Positions 1 to 12,719 of a stretch of 64,000 nt of DNA are shown here, piece after piece. Source of the DNA: Squalus acanthias (Eukaryota). The notes under the pieces were generated by a model, which saw only the letters and a program-made list of their open reading frames with translations, made no database searches and was not told the origin of the DNA. The position numbers and the translations under genes were made by a program. Location of the stretch: NCBI GenBank assembly GCA_030390025.1, contig JASTWF010000329.1, positions 1 to 64,000 on the forward strand, given 5' to 3'. The stretch's first letter is position 1. Each line of letters starts with the position of its first letter.

Positions 1-2342
1 CTCTCTGTTTATATTACACTAGACCCTATCTCTGTTTATATTACACTAAACCCTGTCTCTGTTTATATTACACTAGATGCTGTCTCTGTTTATATTACAA
101 TAGACCCTGTCTCTCTTTATATTACACTAGACCCTGTCTCTCTTTATATTACATTAGACCCTGTCTCTCTTTATATTACACTAGGCCCTCTCTCTCTTTA
201 TATTACACTAGACCCTGTCTCTCTTTATATTACATTAGACCCTGTCTCTCTTTATATTACACTGGACACTGTCTCTGTTTATATTGCACTTGGCCCTGTC
301 TGTTGATTTTGCACTAGACCATTTCTCTGTTTATATTACACTAGACCCTATCTCTGTTTATATTACACTGGGCCCTGTCTCTGTTAATATTACACTAGAC
401 CCTGTCTCTGTTTAAATTACACTAGACCCTGTCTCTGTTTATATTACACTAGACCCTGTCTCTGTTTATATTACACTAAACCCTGTCTCTGTTTATATTA
501 CACTAGATGCTGTCTCTGTTTATATTACAATAGACCCTGTCTCTGTTTATATTACACGAGACCCTGTCTCTCTTTATATTACACTAGACCCTGTCTCTGT
601 TTATATTACACTAGGCCCTGTCTCTGTTTATATTACACTAGGCCCTGTCTCTGTTTATATTACACTAGACCCTGTCTCTGTTTATATTACACTAGACCCT
701 GTCTCTCTTTATATTACACTAGACCCTGTCTCTCTTTATATTACATTAGACCCTGTCTCTGTTTATATTACACTAGGCCCTGTCTCTGTTTAAATTACAC
801 TAGGCCCTGTCTCTGTTTATATTACACTAGGCCCTGTCTCTGTTTATATTACACTAGAGCTGTCTCTGTTTATATTACACTAGACCCTGTCTCTGTTTAT
901 ATTACACTAGACCCTGTCTCTCTTTATATTACATTAGACCCTGTCTCTCTTTATATTACACTAGGCCCTCTCTCTCTTTATATTACACTAGACCCTGTCT
1001 CTCTTTATATTACATTAGACCCTGTCTCTCGTTATATTACACTAGGCCCTGGCTCTGTTTATATTACACTAGACCCTGTCTCTCTTTATATTACACTAGA
1101 CCCTGTCTCTGTTATATTACACTAGGCCCTGTCTCTGTTTATATTACACTAGACCCTGTCTCTGTTTATATTGCACTAGCCCTGTCTCTCTTTATATTAC
1201 ACTGGACCCTGTCTCTGTTTATATTACACTAGGCCCTGTCTGTTTATTTTGCACTAGACCCTGTCTCTGTTTATATTACACTAGACCCTGTCTCTGTTAA
1301 TATTACACTAGACCCTGTCTCTGTTTAAATTACACTAGACCCTGTCTCTGTTTATATTACACTAGACCCTGTCTCTGTTTATATTACACTAGACCCTGTC
1401 TCTGTTTATATTACACTAGATGCTGTCTCTGTTTATATTACACTAGACCCTGTCTCTGTTTATATTACACTAGACCCTGTCTCTCTTTATATTACACTAG
1501 ACCCTGTCTCTGTTTATATTACACTAGACCCTGTCTCTGTTTATATTACACTAGACCCTGTCTCTGTTTAAATTACACTAGACCCTGTCTCTATTTATAT
1601 TACACTAGTCCCTGTCTCTGTTTATATTACACTAGACCCTGTCTCTGTTTATATTACACTAGACCCTGTCTCTGTTTATATTCCACTTGACTCTGCTCTG
1701 TTTATATTACACTAGACCCTGTTCTCTGTTTATATTACACTAGACCCTGTCTCTGTTTATTTTACACTGGACCCTGTCTCTGTTTATTTTACACTTGACT
1801 CTGTCTCTGTTTATATTACACTAGACCCTGTCTCTATTTATATTACTCTAGACCCTGTCTCTGTTTATATTTCACTAGACCCTGTCTCTGTTTATTTTAC
1901 ACTAGACCCTGTCTCTGTTTATTTTACACTGGACCCTGTCTCTCTTTATATTACATGAGACCCTGTCTCTGTTTATATTACACTAGACCCTGTCTCTATT
2001 TATATTACTCTAGACCCTGTCTCTATTTATATTACTCTAGACCCTGTCTCTGTTTATTTTACACTAGACCCTGTCTCTGTTTATATTACACTTGACTCTG
2101 TCTCTGTTTATATTACACTAGACCCTGTCTCTATTTATATTACTCTAGACCCTGTCTCTGTTTATATTACACTAGACCCTGTCTCTGTTTATATTACACT
2201 AGACCCTGTCTCTGTTTATATTACACTTGACTCTGTCTCTGTTTATATTACACTAGACCGTGTCTCTATTTATATTACTCTAGACCCTGTCTCTGTTTAT
2301 ATTACACTCGACCCTGTCTCTGTTTCTAATCCACTCGGCCCT
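1..2342. repeat. 27-bp tandem minisatellite (consensus CTAGACCCTGTCTCTGTTTATATTACA), runs off the left edge
   Basis: Direct 27-bp periodicity over about 2.3 kb with scattered substitutions. Confidence 0.97.
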
Positions 2343-3231
2343 GCCTTAGTTATTACTGCACTAGACGATGCCCACAAATATTGGAAGTGGTTGGGGAGGA
2401 AACAGTGAAAGTAACAGTCAGAAAAAAAGATTGTGGAAACAGGAATAGTGCAAATTTCACTGGAGAGTAACCAGTGTTTAATCCCTTACCAAACGAAGGA
2501 CATAATAAGTCAGAGAAATATAGGTTTATTAACCTCACGTCAGGAACAGGTACAGTTTCATTTTTACCATCACTTGCACCAATCATCACCCACAGGAGGT
2601 TTATATCAGGAGCTTCTGTGTGATGGTGAGGTGATCACTGGACAATAAAGTGCAGAGACTGGTGGGTGGCTGCTCATTATCCTCGGTGTGATTTAATCCC
2701 CTTTCCCACTGAATACTGCGGACAGACAGGCTCACCTTGGGAACGAAATGGTCAGTGTGACATCACTTTCTAAACAAGAGCCCACAAGACAATGGGTTCT
2801 CAATAAATGTTAAAGGGATTCAATGCTCTGAAGTTACACTGTGAATAAAGGAAATAAAATGCTGATCAATAATGGCTGAAGATAATGATTTCTCTCTGTG
2901 GAATGTGCTTGTGCACATTAAGAAAGATGTGTTTTGTTTACACACTCACACATATAACAAACAGATTGTGTGAGCCCTTTTCAGTTGTTCTGCTTAACCC
3001 GATGTCATAATGCTGTGTGGACTTTAGGACCCTGCGGCAGCCCATCCGGTGTTACCGAGACCTTCCCTGGATACCAAGGCTGGGAGAGGCACTCTGGAAG
3101 GTATGGGGAGCTGGGACTTGTCCATCAGAGTAACCGACGGTACGAGAACTGAAACAATCTCGAGGTAGAGAGGAGAAAAGGCCCAAAAATGGAGCAGTCG
3201 GCAACAGGACATCAATTAGTCTCCTCTTATC

Positions 3232-3641
3232 AAAGAACATAAGAAATAGGAGCAGGAGTAGGTCATATGACCCTTAGAGCCTGGCCCGCCAATCAGTAAG
3301 ATCATGGCTGATCTTCTACCTCATCTCCACTTTCCTGCACCAACCCCATATCCTTTGATTCCCTTAATATTCAAAAATCTATCGATCTCTATCTTGAATA
3401 TACTCAAAGACCGAGCCTCCACAGCCCTCTGGGATAGATAATTCCAAAGATTCATCACCCTCCGAGTGAAGAAATTTCTCCTCATCTCAGTCCGAAATGG
3501 GTGATCCCTTATTCTGAGACTGTGACCCCTGGTTCTAGATTCCCCAGCCAGGGGAAACATCCTCCCTGCATCGACCCTGTCAAGCCCTGTAAGAATTTTG
3601 TAAGTTTCAATGAGATCACCTCTTATTCTTCTAAACTCTAA
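3232..3641 (-). mobile_element. CR1 LINE 3' fragment inserted in the 3' flank of ZNF copy 1
   Basis: ORF 3321-3668 encodes the CR1 ORF2 C-terminus (LEFRRIRGDLIETYKIL...RTRGHSLRI...RRNFFT). It has a CTTATGTT-type tail. The flanks rejoin as the uninterrupted paralogous sequence at about 13700-13760 (reverse complement). Confidence 0.9.
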
Positions 3642-3819
3642 TCTCAGAGACATCAAATATCGACACACTGTGTTATTATAAATATCAAAATATTAAACTC
3701 CAGCCCAGTTATGGGGGTTATTAACATCACCAGAAACAACCCCCAACTGTCACAATGTACATGGTTCAGTCCGGGATGTGATTAACAGCAGCAATAACAG
3801 CAGAATCCAACCCCTGCAG

Positions 3820-4662
3820 TCACTTGTGAACTCGCTGGTGTCTCAGCAGGCTGGATGACCGAGTGAATCCCTTCCCACACTCAGAGCAGGTGAACGGCCT
3901 CTCCCCAGGGTGAACTCGCTGGTGTGTCAGCAGGCTGGATACTTCAGTGAATCGTTTCCCACACACGGAGCAAATGAACGGCCTCTCCCCGGTGTGAACT
4001 CGCTGGTGTGTCAGCAGGCTGGATGCTTCAGTGAATCTTTTCCCACACTCGGAGCAGGTGAACGGCCTCTCCTTGGTGTGAGTACTTTGGTGTGTCAGCA
4101 GGTGGGATGACTGAATGAATCCCTTCCCACACTCAGAGCAGGTGAATGGCCTCTCCCCAGTGTGAACTCGCTGGTGTTTCAGCAGGCTGGATGCTTCAGT
4201 GAATCTTTTCCCACACTCGGAGCAGGTGAACGGCCTCTCCCCGGTGTGAGTACGTTGGTGTGCTGTGAGGCCGGATGACTGAGCGAATCCCTGTCCACAT
4301 TCAGAGCAGGTGAACGGCCTCTCCCCAGTGTGAACTCGCTGGTGAGTTAGAAGATTGGATGAACAAGTGAATCCCTTCCCACACACGGGGCAGTTGAACG
4401 GCCTCTCCCCGGTGTGAACTCGCTGGTGTGTCAGCAGGTGGGATGAACACTTGAACCTCATCCCGCAGTGAGAGCAGCTGAACGGCCTCTCCCCAGTGTG
4501 AACTCGCTGGTGTGCCGTCAGGTCGGATGACTGAGTGAATCCCTTCCCACACTCAGAGCAGGTGAACGGTCTCTCACCGGTGTGACTGCGATGATGAATT
4601 TCCAGCTTAGACGGGGAAATGAATCCCTTCCCACAGTCCCCACATTTCCACGGTTTTTCCGT
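3820..4662 (-). CDS. C2H2 zinc-finger protein (ZNF copy 1), 10 tandem fingers; start uncertain (ACG at 4662 or first ATG at 4461); coding exon acceptor at 5026
   Basis: Repeated CxxC-x12-HxxxH with TGERPF linkers. The frame is open from the TGA at 4699-4701 to the stop at 3820. TTTTACAG acceptor at 5027-5034 on the minus strand. Confidence 0.8.
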   Translation of the reverse strand, partial: TEKPWKCGDCGKGFISPSKLEIHHRSHTGERPFTCSECGKGFTQSSDLTAHQRVHTGERPFSCSHCGMRFKCSSHLLTHQRVHTGERPFNCPVCGKGFTCSSNLLTHQRVHTGERPFTCSECGQGFAQSSGLTAHQRTHTGERPFTCSECGKRFTEASSLLKHQRVHTGERPFTCSECGKGFIQSSHLLTHQSTHTKERPFTCSECGKRFTEASSLLTHQRVHTGERPFICSVCGKRFTEVSSLLTHQRVHPGERPFTCSECGKGFTRSSSLLRHQRVHK

Positions 4663-5239
4663 GGTGCGGGTGTCCTTGTGTCTCTCCAGGTTGGACGATC
4701 AGTTGAAGCCTTGTCCACACACAGAACATGTGTACGGTTTCTCCCCACTGTGAACGGTGCGATGTTTTTTCAGGCTGTGTAACTGGTTAAAGCTCTTTCC
4801 ACTGTCAGTGCACTGGAACTCTCTCACTCGGGTGTGTGTGTCTCGGTGCTTTTCCAGTCACACTGATGTTTGAAATCTTTTCCCACAGACAGAACAGACA
4901 AACATTTCTCCTTCCACATTCAAAGGCCGATGATATTCAGGTCCTGAGGAATGGAGTGACTCTGTCAGATCTTGACGTGATGTTTGGTTTAAGTTTCCCG
5001 TCTGCAAATCCTCCCCTTCCAATACCCTGTAAAAGGAGTTTACAAAACTCATCACTGTAAATACAGGATAGAAATTCAGAACAGACAATTCTAGTTACTG
5101 TGGAACATTCTTTCCTCTCTTGTTCCCCAAAGCTGTAAATCCCCGTCCCACACACTCTCCCTCCTCCCTGTGCTGAAATCCAAACCAATCGCACTTACTT
5201 CAAACTTTTTTCCTCTATTCCCAGTTTTCTGAGTGCCAC

Positions 5240-5525
5240 AACTCTGCGTTCAGTTCGACACTAACTGGTTCCACTCTCTCCCTCTCCTGCCCTGAAGGTC
5301 ATTCCTCTGACTGGTTTCATTCCTGCACTAACTTGTTCTGTGTCTCCGCTGAAGGTGCTGACTCTGGCTGGGTTCAGTTTTGCAATAACTGGTTCCTTCT
5401 CTCCCTCTCCTGCCCTGAAGGTGTTGACACTTGGCTGGGTTTATTTCTGCATGAACTGCTTCCTCTCCCTCCTTTGAAGGTGCTGACTCTGGCTGTGTTC
5501 AGTTCTACAATCGTTGGGTTCTCCT
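5240..5525 (-). repeat. Degenerate copies of the 63-bp ZNF-intron minisatellite
   Basis: Contains GAAGGTGCTGACTCTGGCTGGGTTCAGTT, the reverse complement of the 10270-12140 unit. Confidence 0.75.
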
Positions 5526-5721
5526 GTAGAAGAGGTAAGGTCAGTGACGGTCTGAGAATTGATGGTGTGGTGTTCAGTAGTGGGGTCATGGTCCAGGGGA
5601 GGCAGGAGGAGTTGTGTCTCTTCAAAGAAAAGGTTAATCTTGTAGCAACCGTGTTTTGCCAAACCGACTTTTAGCCTGTGTGTTAAATAGGTAAGTATGA
5701 TTCTTTACAGACCCTCCCAAA

Positions 5722-6808
5722 CCCATCTCCATTTCTCCTCATTTACAGACGCTCCCTGACCAGTCTCCATTTCTCCTCATTTACAGACGCTCCCTGACCA
5801 GTCTCCATTTCTCCTCATTTACAGACGCTCCCTGATCAGTCTCCATTTCTCCTCCATCTGCAGTCGCTCCCTGACCAGTCTCCATTCCTCCTCATTTACA
5901 AACGCTCCCTGACCAGTCTCCTTTACTCCTCCATTTACAGACGCTCCCTGACCAGTCTCCATTTCTCCTCATTTACAGACGCTCCCTGACCAGTCTCCAT
6001 TTCTCCTCATTTACACACGCTCCCTGACCAGTCTCCAGTTCTTCTCCATTTACAGACGCTCCCTGACCAGTCTCCAGTTCTTCTCCATTTACAGACTTTC
6101 CCTGACCAGTCTCCATTTCTCCTCATTTACAGATGCTCCCTGACCAATCTCCATTTCTCCTTCATTTACAGATGCTCCCTGACCAGTCTCCAGTTCTTCT
6201 CCATTTACAGATGCTCCCTGACCAGTCTCCATTTACAGACGCTCCCTGACTCACTTCCTCCCTGTCCCGGAGTTTGCCGCGGGGCCGCTTTGTGGACTTT
6301 CTGTTGTTTGCTCCACACCACAGATGGAACCCTGTGGGGTGGAGCAAACATTGCAACATTTGGCAAAGAAATGGATTCACTCAGGACAGACAGCAAGGAT
6401 TATTTCAGGAAAAAACACTACTGACTAGGATGGTCCCATGTTCAATCCTTGATCTGACCACTCACCATTTCTCCTTCATTTACATACGCTCCCTGAACAG
6501 TCCCCATTTCTCCTTCATTTATGACGCTCCCTGAACAGTCTCCAGTTCTCCTCCATTTACAGACGCTCCATGACCAGTTCCCATTTCTCCTTCATTTACA
6601 GACGCTCCCTGAACAGTCTCCAGTTCTCCTCCATTTACAGACGCTCCCTGACCACTCACCATTTCTCCTTCATTTATGACGCTCCCTGACCACTCTCCAT
6701 TTCTCCTCCATTTACAGACGCTCCCTGAACAGTCCCAATTTCTCCTCCATTTACAGACGCTCCCTGACCAATCTCCATTTGTCCTGCATTTACAGACGCT
6801 CCCTGACT
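5722..6808. repeat. 38-39-bp minisatellite (TCTCCATTTCTCCTCATTTACAGACGCTCCCTGACCAG) in two blocks split by unique sequence at about 6250-6455
   Basis: Direct tandem periodicity. Confidence 0.92.
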
Positions 6809-6849
6809 CGCTGGGGATTTCCCAGCACTTCCTGGTTGTCCCGGAGTTT

Positions 6850-7200
6850 GTATCTTAAACTGGCGGGTAGTTGTGGGGAGGCGGATAATGTTGAGTGTTT
6901 TCTCCGGGCCGGGCCTGGGGCCGCACTCGGGGTGTGAGCAGCCCGCGTCCCCCCGGGGTTTATTAACCCGCTCCCTGAGCTCTCTCACCTGATGTGTCAG
7001 CGGCTGCTGCCAAGGTTTGCGCATGCTCAGCTCTCACTGCCCAGGTGATTGACGGGAGCTCCGGGCCAATAGGAAGAGTGGGGCGGGGTTGGAGGACCGA
7101 GCGGACGGTTGGTTTTCCAACCAATCGGAGTGTATGAGGGGCGGGGCTTACGGCACCCAGTGGGCGGGGTTGAGCCCGGAGCTCCCTCATTGGCTGAAAC
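6850..7200 (-). promoter_or_regulatory. CpG-rich putative promoter of ZNF copy 1
   Basis: CpG-rich, with CCAAT boxes (about 7066, 7122), GGGGCGGGG GC boxes (about 7080, 7138, 7162) and an NRF1-like GCGCATGCTC (about 7019). Confidence 0.6.
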
Positions 7201-7239
7201 TCTGCATCATTTTCAAACATGATTTCTCTCAAACTCCAG

Positions 7240-7375
7240 GGACCATGCTAGTATATTACCCCCAATCCCATGAGCCCTAATTTTGTTTAATAACCTCTTG
7301 TGTGGCATCTTATCGATTGTTTCTGAAAATCCAAATACACCACATCCACTGGTTCCCCCTTTACTATCCTGCTCG
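7240..7375 (-). mobile_element. Short inverted CR1 RT fragment
   Basis: Translation DKMPHKRLLNKIRAHGIGGNILAW matches the CR1 RT seen elsewhere in the window. Confidence 0.8.
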
Positions 7376-7380
7376 TAACA

Positions 7381-9931
7381 AACAGTCAGGGGGAGATAGA
7401 GGAAAAGATATGTAGGCAAATCTCAGAGAAGTGTAGAAATAATAGGGGAATAATAGTAGGGGATTTCAACTTCCCCAATATTAACTGGGATAGTCAGAGT
7501 GTGAAAGGCTTAGAGGGTGCGGAATTCTTAAAGTGCATCCAGGAGAGCTTTTTGAGCCAGCATGTAGAAAGTCCTACAAGTGAGGGGGCGGTACTGGACC
7601 TAATTCTAGGGAATGTAGCCAGGCAAGTGGTAAAAGTGTCAGTAGGAGAGCATTTTGGTGACAGTGACCATAATTCGTTGAGATTTAAGGTAGTCATGGA
7701 AAAGGACAAAGATGGACCGGAAATAAAGGTTCTAAATTGGGGGAAGGCGGATTTTAACATGATAAGGCAGGATCTGGCCAAAGTGGACTGGGATCAGCTA
7801 CTTGTAGGAAAATCCACATCAGAGCACTGGGAATCATTCAGAAAGGAAATAGAAAGAGTACAGCACCAACATGTTCCCATAAAGGTCAAGGGTGGGACCA
7901 ACAAGTCCAGGGAATATTGGATGTCAAGGGATATACAAGAGTGGATTAGGAAAAAAAGGGAGGCTTTTGGCAGATACAAAGGACTAAAAACAGTGGAAGC
8001 CCTAGAGGAGTATAAAAAGTGCAGGGGTGTACTTAAAAAAGAAATTAGGAGAGCGAAGAGGGGGCATGAAAAAACACTGGCGGGCAAAATAAAGGAAAAT
8101 CCCAAGGTGTTTTATAAGTATATTAAGGGCAAGAGGATAACCAGGGAAAGAGTAGGGCCCATTAGGGACCAAAGTGGCAATCTGTGTGTAGAGCCGGAAG
8201 ATGTGGGCGAGGTGTTAAATGAATATTTTGCATCTGTGTTCACTATGGAGAAGGATGATGTAGGCATAGAAATCAGGCAGGGGGATTGTGATATATTAGA
8301 ACAAATTAGCATTGCGAGGGAGGAGGTACTAGCGGTTTTAGCGGGCTTAAAAGTGGATAAATCCCCAGGCCCAGACGAGATGTATCCCAGGCTGCTGTGT
8401 GAGGCAAGGGAGGAGATTGCAGGGGCTCTGACACAAATTTTCAGAACCTCTCTGGCCACAGGGGAGGTGCCAGAGAACTGGAGGACAGATAACATAGTAC
8501 CATTATTCAAGAAGGGTAGTAGGGATAAACCAGGGAATTACAGGCCAGTGAGCCTAACATCAGTGGTAGGGAAATTATTGGAAAAAATTCTGAGGGACAG
8601 AATTAGTCTCCACTTGGAGAGGCAAGGATTAATCAAGGATAGTCAGCATGGCTTTGTCAGGGGGAGATCATGTCTAACCAATTTGATTGATTTTTTTGAG
8701 GGGGTGACTAGATGTGTGGATGAGGGTTGTGCAGTTGATGTAGTCTACATGGACTTCAGTAAGGCTTTTGACAAAGTCCCGCATGGGAGACTGATCAAGA
8801 AGGTAAGAGCCCATGGGATCCAGGGCAATTTGGCACATTGGATCCAAAATTGGCTTCGTGGCAGGAGGCAGAGGGTGATGGTCAAAGGTTGTTTTTGTGA
8901 CTGGAAGCCTGTGAGCAGTGGTGTACCGCAGAGATCGATGCTGGGTCCCTTGCTGTTTTTAGTGTACATTAATGATTTAGATATGAATGTAGGAGCTATG
9001 ATCAGTCAGTTCGCAGATGACACAAAAATTGGTGGAGTGGTAAATAGCGAGGAGGGAAGCCTCAGGCTACAGGACGATATAGACGGGTTGGTCAGATGGG
9101 CAGAACAGTGGCAAATGGAATTTAACTCTGAAAACTGTGAGGTGATGCATTTTGGGAGGACTAATAAGACAAGGGAATACACAATGAATGGTCGGACCCT
9201 AGGAAGGACAGAGGATCAGAGGGACCTTGGTGTGCATGTACATAGATCCCTGAAGGCAGCAGGACAGGTAGATAAGGTGGTTAAGAAGGCATATGGGATA
9301 CTTGCCTTCATTAGCCGAGGCATAGAATATAAGAGCAGGGAGGTTATGCTGGAGCTGTACAAAACACTAGTTAGGCCACAGCCGGAATACTGTGTGCAGT
9401 TCTGGTCGCCAAACTATAGGAGTGATGTGATTGTATTGGAGAGGGTGCAGAGGAGATTCACCAGGATGTTATCTGGGCTGGAGCGCTTCAGCTATGAAGG
9501 GAGACTGGACAGGCTGGGATTGTTTTCCTTAGAGCAGAGAAGGCTGAAGGGGGACCTGATTGAGGTGTACAAAATTATGAGGGGCAAGGATAGGATAGAT
9601 AGAAAGGAACTTTCCCCCTTAGTAGAGGGGTCAATAACCAGGGGGCATAGTTTTAAGGTAAGGGGCAGGAGGTTTAGAGGGGATTTGAGGAAAAACTTTT
9701 TCACCCAGAGGGTGGTTGGAATCTGGAACTCACTGCCTGAAAGGGTGGTAGAGGCAGGAACCCTCACAACATTCAAGAAGCATTTAGATGAACACTTGAA
9801 ACGCCATAGCATACAAGGCTAGGGACCAAGTGCTGGAAACTGGGATTAGAATAGACAGGGTTTGATGGGCGGCGCGGACACGATGGGCCGAAGGGCCTCT
9901 TTCTGTGCTGTCTAACTCTGTGACTCTATGA
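7381..9931 (+). mobile_element. 5'-truncated CR1 LINE with a long open ORF2 (773 aa; end of APE, RT, C-terminus) and 3' tail
   Basis: GDFN, DKSPGPD, YRPVSLTS, AFDKVPH, FADD motifs and a TGACTCTATGAC tail. Confidence 0.95.
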
Positions 9932-9932
9932 C

Positions 9933-10255
9933 GTGTCCCGCGGGGACAATGTGACCTGTTCACACTGGAGGAGCCCAGCGCGCAGGCGCAGTGCCCGCCC
10001 GTATCTGGAGCATGCGCAGTGTCACTGTGAACCGGGCCCTCCGACCAGCAGAATTAGGCGGGAGAAGCCGTTTTTGCGCCGATTACGAATCAGGGGGCGC
10101 AGGGAGGTAACGCATCCGGCGGGTGAGCTTCATAAACACCTGGTGTAGGCCGCAAGCCCCGAATTAGAACCTACGGGTTCCGCGTTTGCAGCTCCGAGGC
10201 TTTTTCCCCGGCAATAGGCCCATGTTTGTAAAGGAATCAAAAGTGGGCGGGGCTA
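9933..10255 (+). promoter_or_regulatory. Repeated CpG promoter/first-exon cassette of ZNF copy 2
   Basis: NRF1-like GCATGCGCA and candidate donors GAG|GTAAC (10107) and CGG|GTGAG (10123). Paralogous cassettes at 25758-26030, 36600-37020 and 62981-63360. Confidence 0.65.
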
Positions 10256-10267
10256 CAGGGTCACAGG

Positions 10268-12142
10268 AGAACTGAACCCAGCCAGAGTCAGCACCTTCAG
10301 GGGAGGAGAGGGAGGGGAACCAGTGAGTGTAGAACTGAATTCAGCCAGAATCAGCACCATCAGGGGAGGGGAACCAGTGAGTGTAGAACTGAACCCAGCC
10401 AGAGTCAGCACCTTCAGGGGAGGAGAGGGAGGGGAACCAGTGAGTGTGGAACTGAATTCAGCCAGAATCAGCACCATCAGGGGAGGGGAACCAGTGAGTG
10501 TAGAACTGAACCCAGCCAGAGGCAGCACCTTCAGGGGAGGAGAGGGAGGGGAACCAGTGAGTGTAGAACTGAACCCAGCCAGAGTCAGCACCTTCAGGGG
10601 AGGAGAGGGAGGGGAACCAGTGAGTGTAGAACTGAACCCAGCCAGAGTCAGCACCTTCAGGGGAGGAGAGGGAGGGGAACCAGTGAGTGTAGAACTGTAC
10701 CCAGCCAGAGTCAGCACCTTCAGGGGAGGAGAGGGAGGGGAACCAGTGAGTATAGAACTGAACCCAGCCAGAGTCAGCACCTTCAGGGGAGGAGAGGGAG
10801 GGGAACCAGTGAGTGTGGAACTGAACCCAGCCAGAGTCAGCACCTTCAGGGGAGGAGAGGGAGGGGAACCAGTGAGTGTGGAACTGAATTCAGCCAGAAT
10901 CAGCACCATCAGGGGAGGAGAGGGAGGGGAACCAGTGAGTGTAGAACTGAACCCAGCCAGAGGCAGCACCTTCAGGGGAGGAGAGGGAGGGGAACCAGTG
11001 AGTGAACTGAACCCAGCCAGAGTCAGCACCTTCAGGGGAAGAGAGGGAGGGGAACCAGTGAGTGTAGAACTGAACCCAGCCAGAGTCAGCATCTTCAGGG
11101 GAGGAGAGGGAGGGGAACTGGTGACTGTAGAACTGAACCCAGCCAGAGTCAGCACCTTCAGGGGAGGAGAGGGAGGGGAACCAGTGAGTGTGGAACTGAA
11201 TTCAGCCAGAAGCAGCACCATCAGGGGAGGAGAGGGAGGGGAACCAGTGAGTGTAGAACTGAACCCAGCCAGAGGCAGCACCTTCAGGGGAGGAGAGGGA
11301 GGGGAACCAGTGAGTGAACTGAACCCAGCCAGAGTCAGCACCTTCAGGGGAAGAGAGGGAGGGGAACCAGTGAGTGTAGAACTGAACCCAGCCAGAGTCA
11401 GCATCTTCAGGGGAGGAGAGGGAGGGGAACTGGTGACTGTAGAACTGAACCCAGCCAGAGTCAGCACCTTCAGGGGAGGAGAGGGAGGGGAACCAGTGAG
11501 TGTAGAACTGAACCCAGCCAGAGTCAGCACCTTCAGGGGAGGAGGGGGAGGGGAACCAGTGAGTGAACTGAACCCAGCCAGAGTCAGCACCTTCAGGGGA
11601 GGAGGGGGAGGGGAACCAGTGAGTGAACTGAACCCAGCCAGAGTCAGCACCTTCAGGGGAGGAGAGGGAGGGGAACCAGTGAGTGTGGAACTGAATTCAG
11701 CCAGAAGCAGCACCATCAGGGGAGGAGAGGGAGGGGAACCAGTGAGTGTAGAACTGAACCCAGCCAGAGGCAGCACCTTCAGGGGAGGAGAGGGAGGGGA
11801 ACCAGTGAGTGAACTGAACCCAGCCAGAGTCAGCACCTTCAGGGGAAGAGAGGGAGGGGAACCAGTGAGTGTAGAACTGAACCCAGCCAGAGTCAGCATC
11901 TTCAGGGGAGGAGAGGGAGGGGAACTGGTGACTGTAGAACTGAACCCAGCCAGAGTCAGCACCTTCAGGGGAGGAGAGGGAGGGGAACCAGTGAGTGTAG
12001 AACTGAACCCAGCCAGAGTCAGCACCTTCAGGGGAGGAGGGGGAGGGGAACCAGTGAGTGAACTGAACCCAGCCAGAGTCAGCACCTTCAGAGGAGGAGA
12101 GGGAGGGGAAACCAGTGAGTGTGGAACTGAATTCAGCCAGAG
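10268..12142 (+). repeat. 63-bp G-rich minisatellite (GAACTGAACCCAGCCAGAGTCAGCACCTTCAGGGGAGGAGAGGGAGGGGAACCAGTGAGTGTA), about 30 units with 60- and 54-bp variants
   Basis: Direct tandem periodicity; it accounts for the 619-aa and 639-aa repeat ORFs. Confidence 0.97.
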
Positions 12143-12719
12143 TTGGGGAAGAAAACTGGGAGCAGAAGACAAATTGTCTTGAGATGTGCGATGTGTTTGG
12201 ATTTTAGCACAAGGAGGAGGGACAATGTGTGGGACGGGGATTTACAGCTTTGGGGGAACAAGAGAGGAAATAATGTTCCATAGAAACTAGAATTGTCTGT
12301 TCTGAATTTCTATCCTGTATTTACAGTGACGAGTTTTGTAAACTCATTTTACAGGGTATTAGAAGGGGAGAATTTGCAGATGGGAAACTCAAACCAAACA
12401 TCATGTCAAGATCTGACAGAGTCACTCAATTCATCAGGACCTGAATATCATCGGCTTTTGAATGTGGAAGGAGAAATGTTTGTCTGTTTTGCCTGGGAGA
12501 AAAGATTTCAAACACCAGTGTGACTGGAAAAGCACCGAGACACACACACCCGAGTGAGAGTGTTCCAGTGCACTGACTGTGGAAAGAGCTTTAACCAGTT
12601 ACACAGTCTGAAAAAACATCGCACCATTCACAGCGGGGAGAAACCGTACACGTGTTGTGTGTGTGGACTAAGGTTTCAACTGATCGTCCAACCTGGAGAG
12701 AGACAAGGACACCCGCACC

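Noticed and set aside
1..2342. CRISPR-like regular repeat
   Set aside because: Units are contiguous with no unique spacers and the context is vertebrate; it is a minisatellite.
4699..4860. Selenocysteine or read-through at the shared in-frame TGA codons
   Set aside because: The TGAs are not at Cys ligand positions, are explained by CGA>TGA decay, and copy 2 has a frameshift between them.
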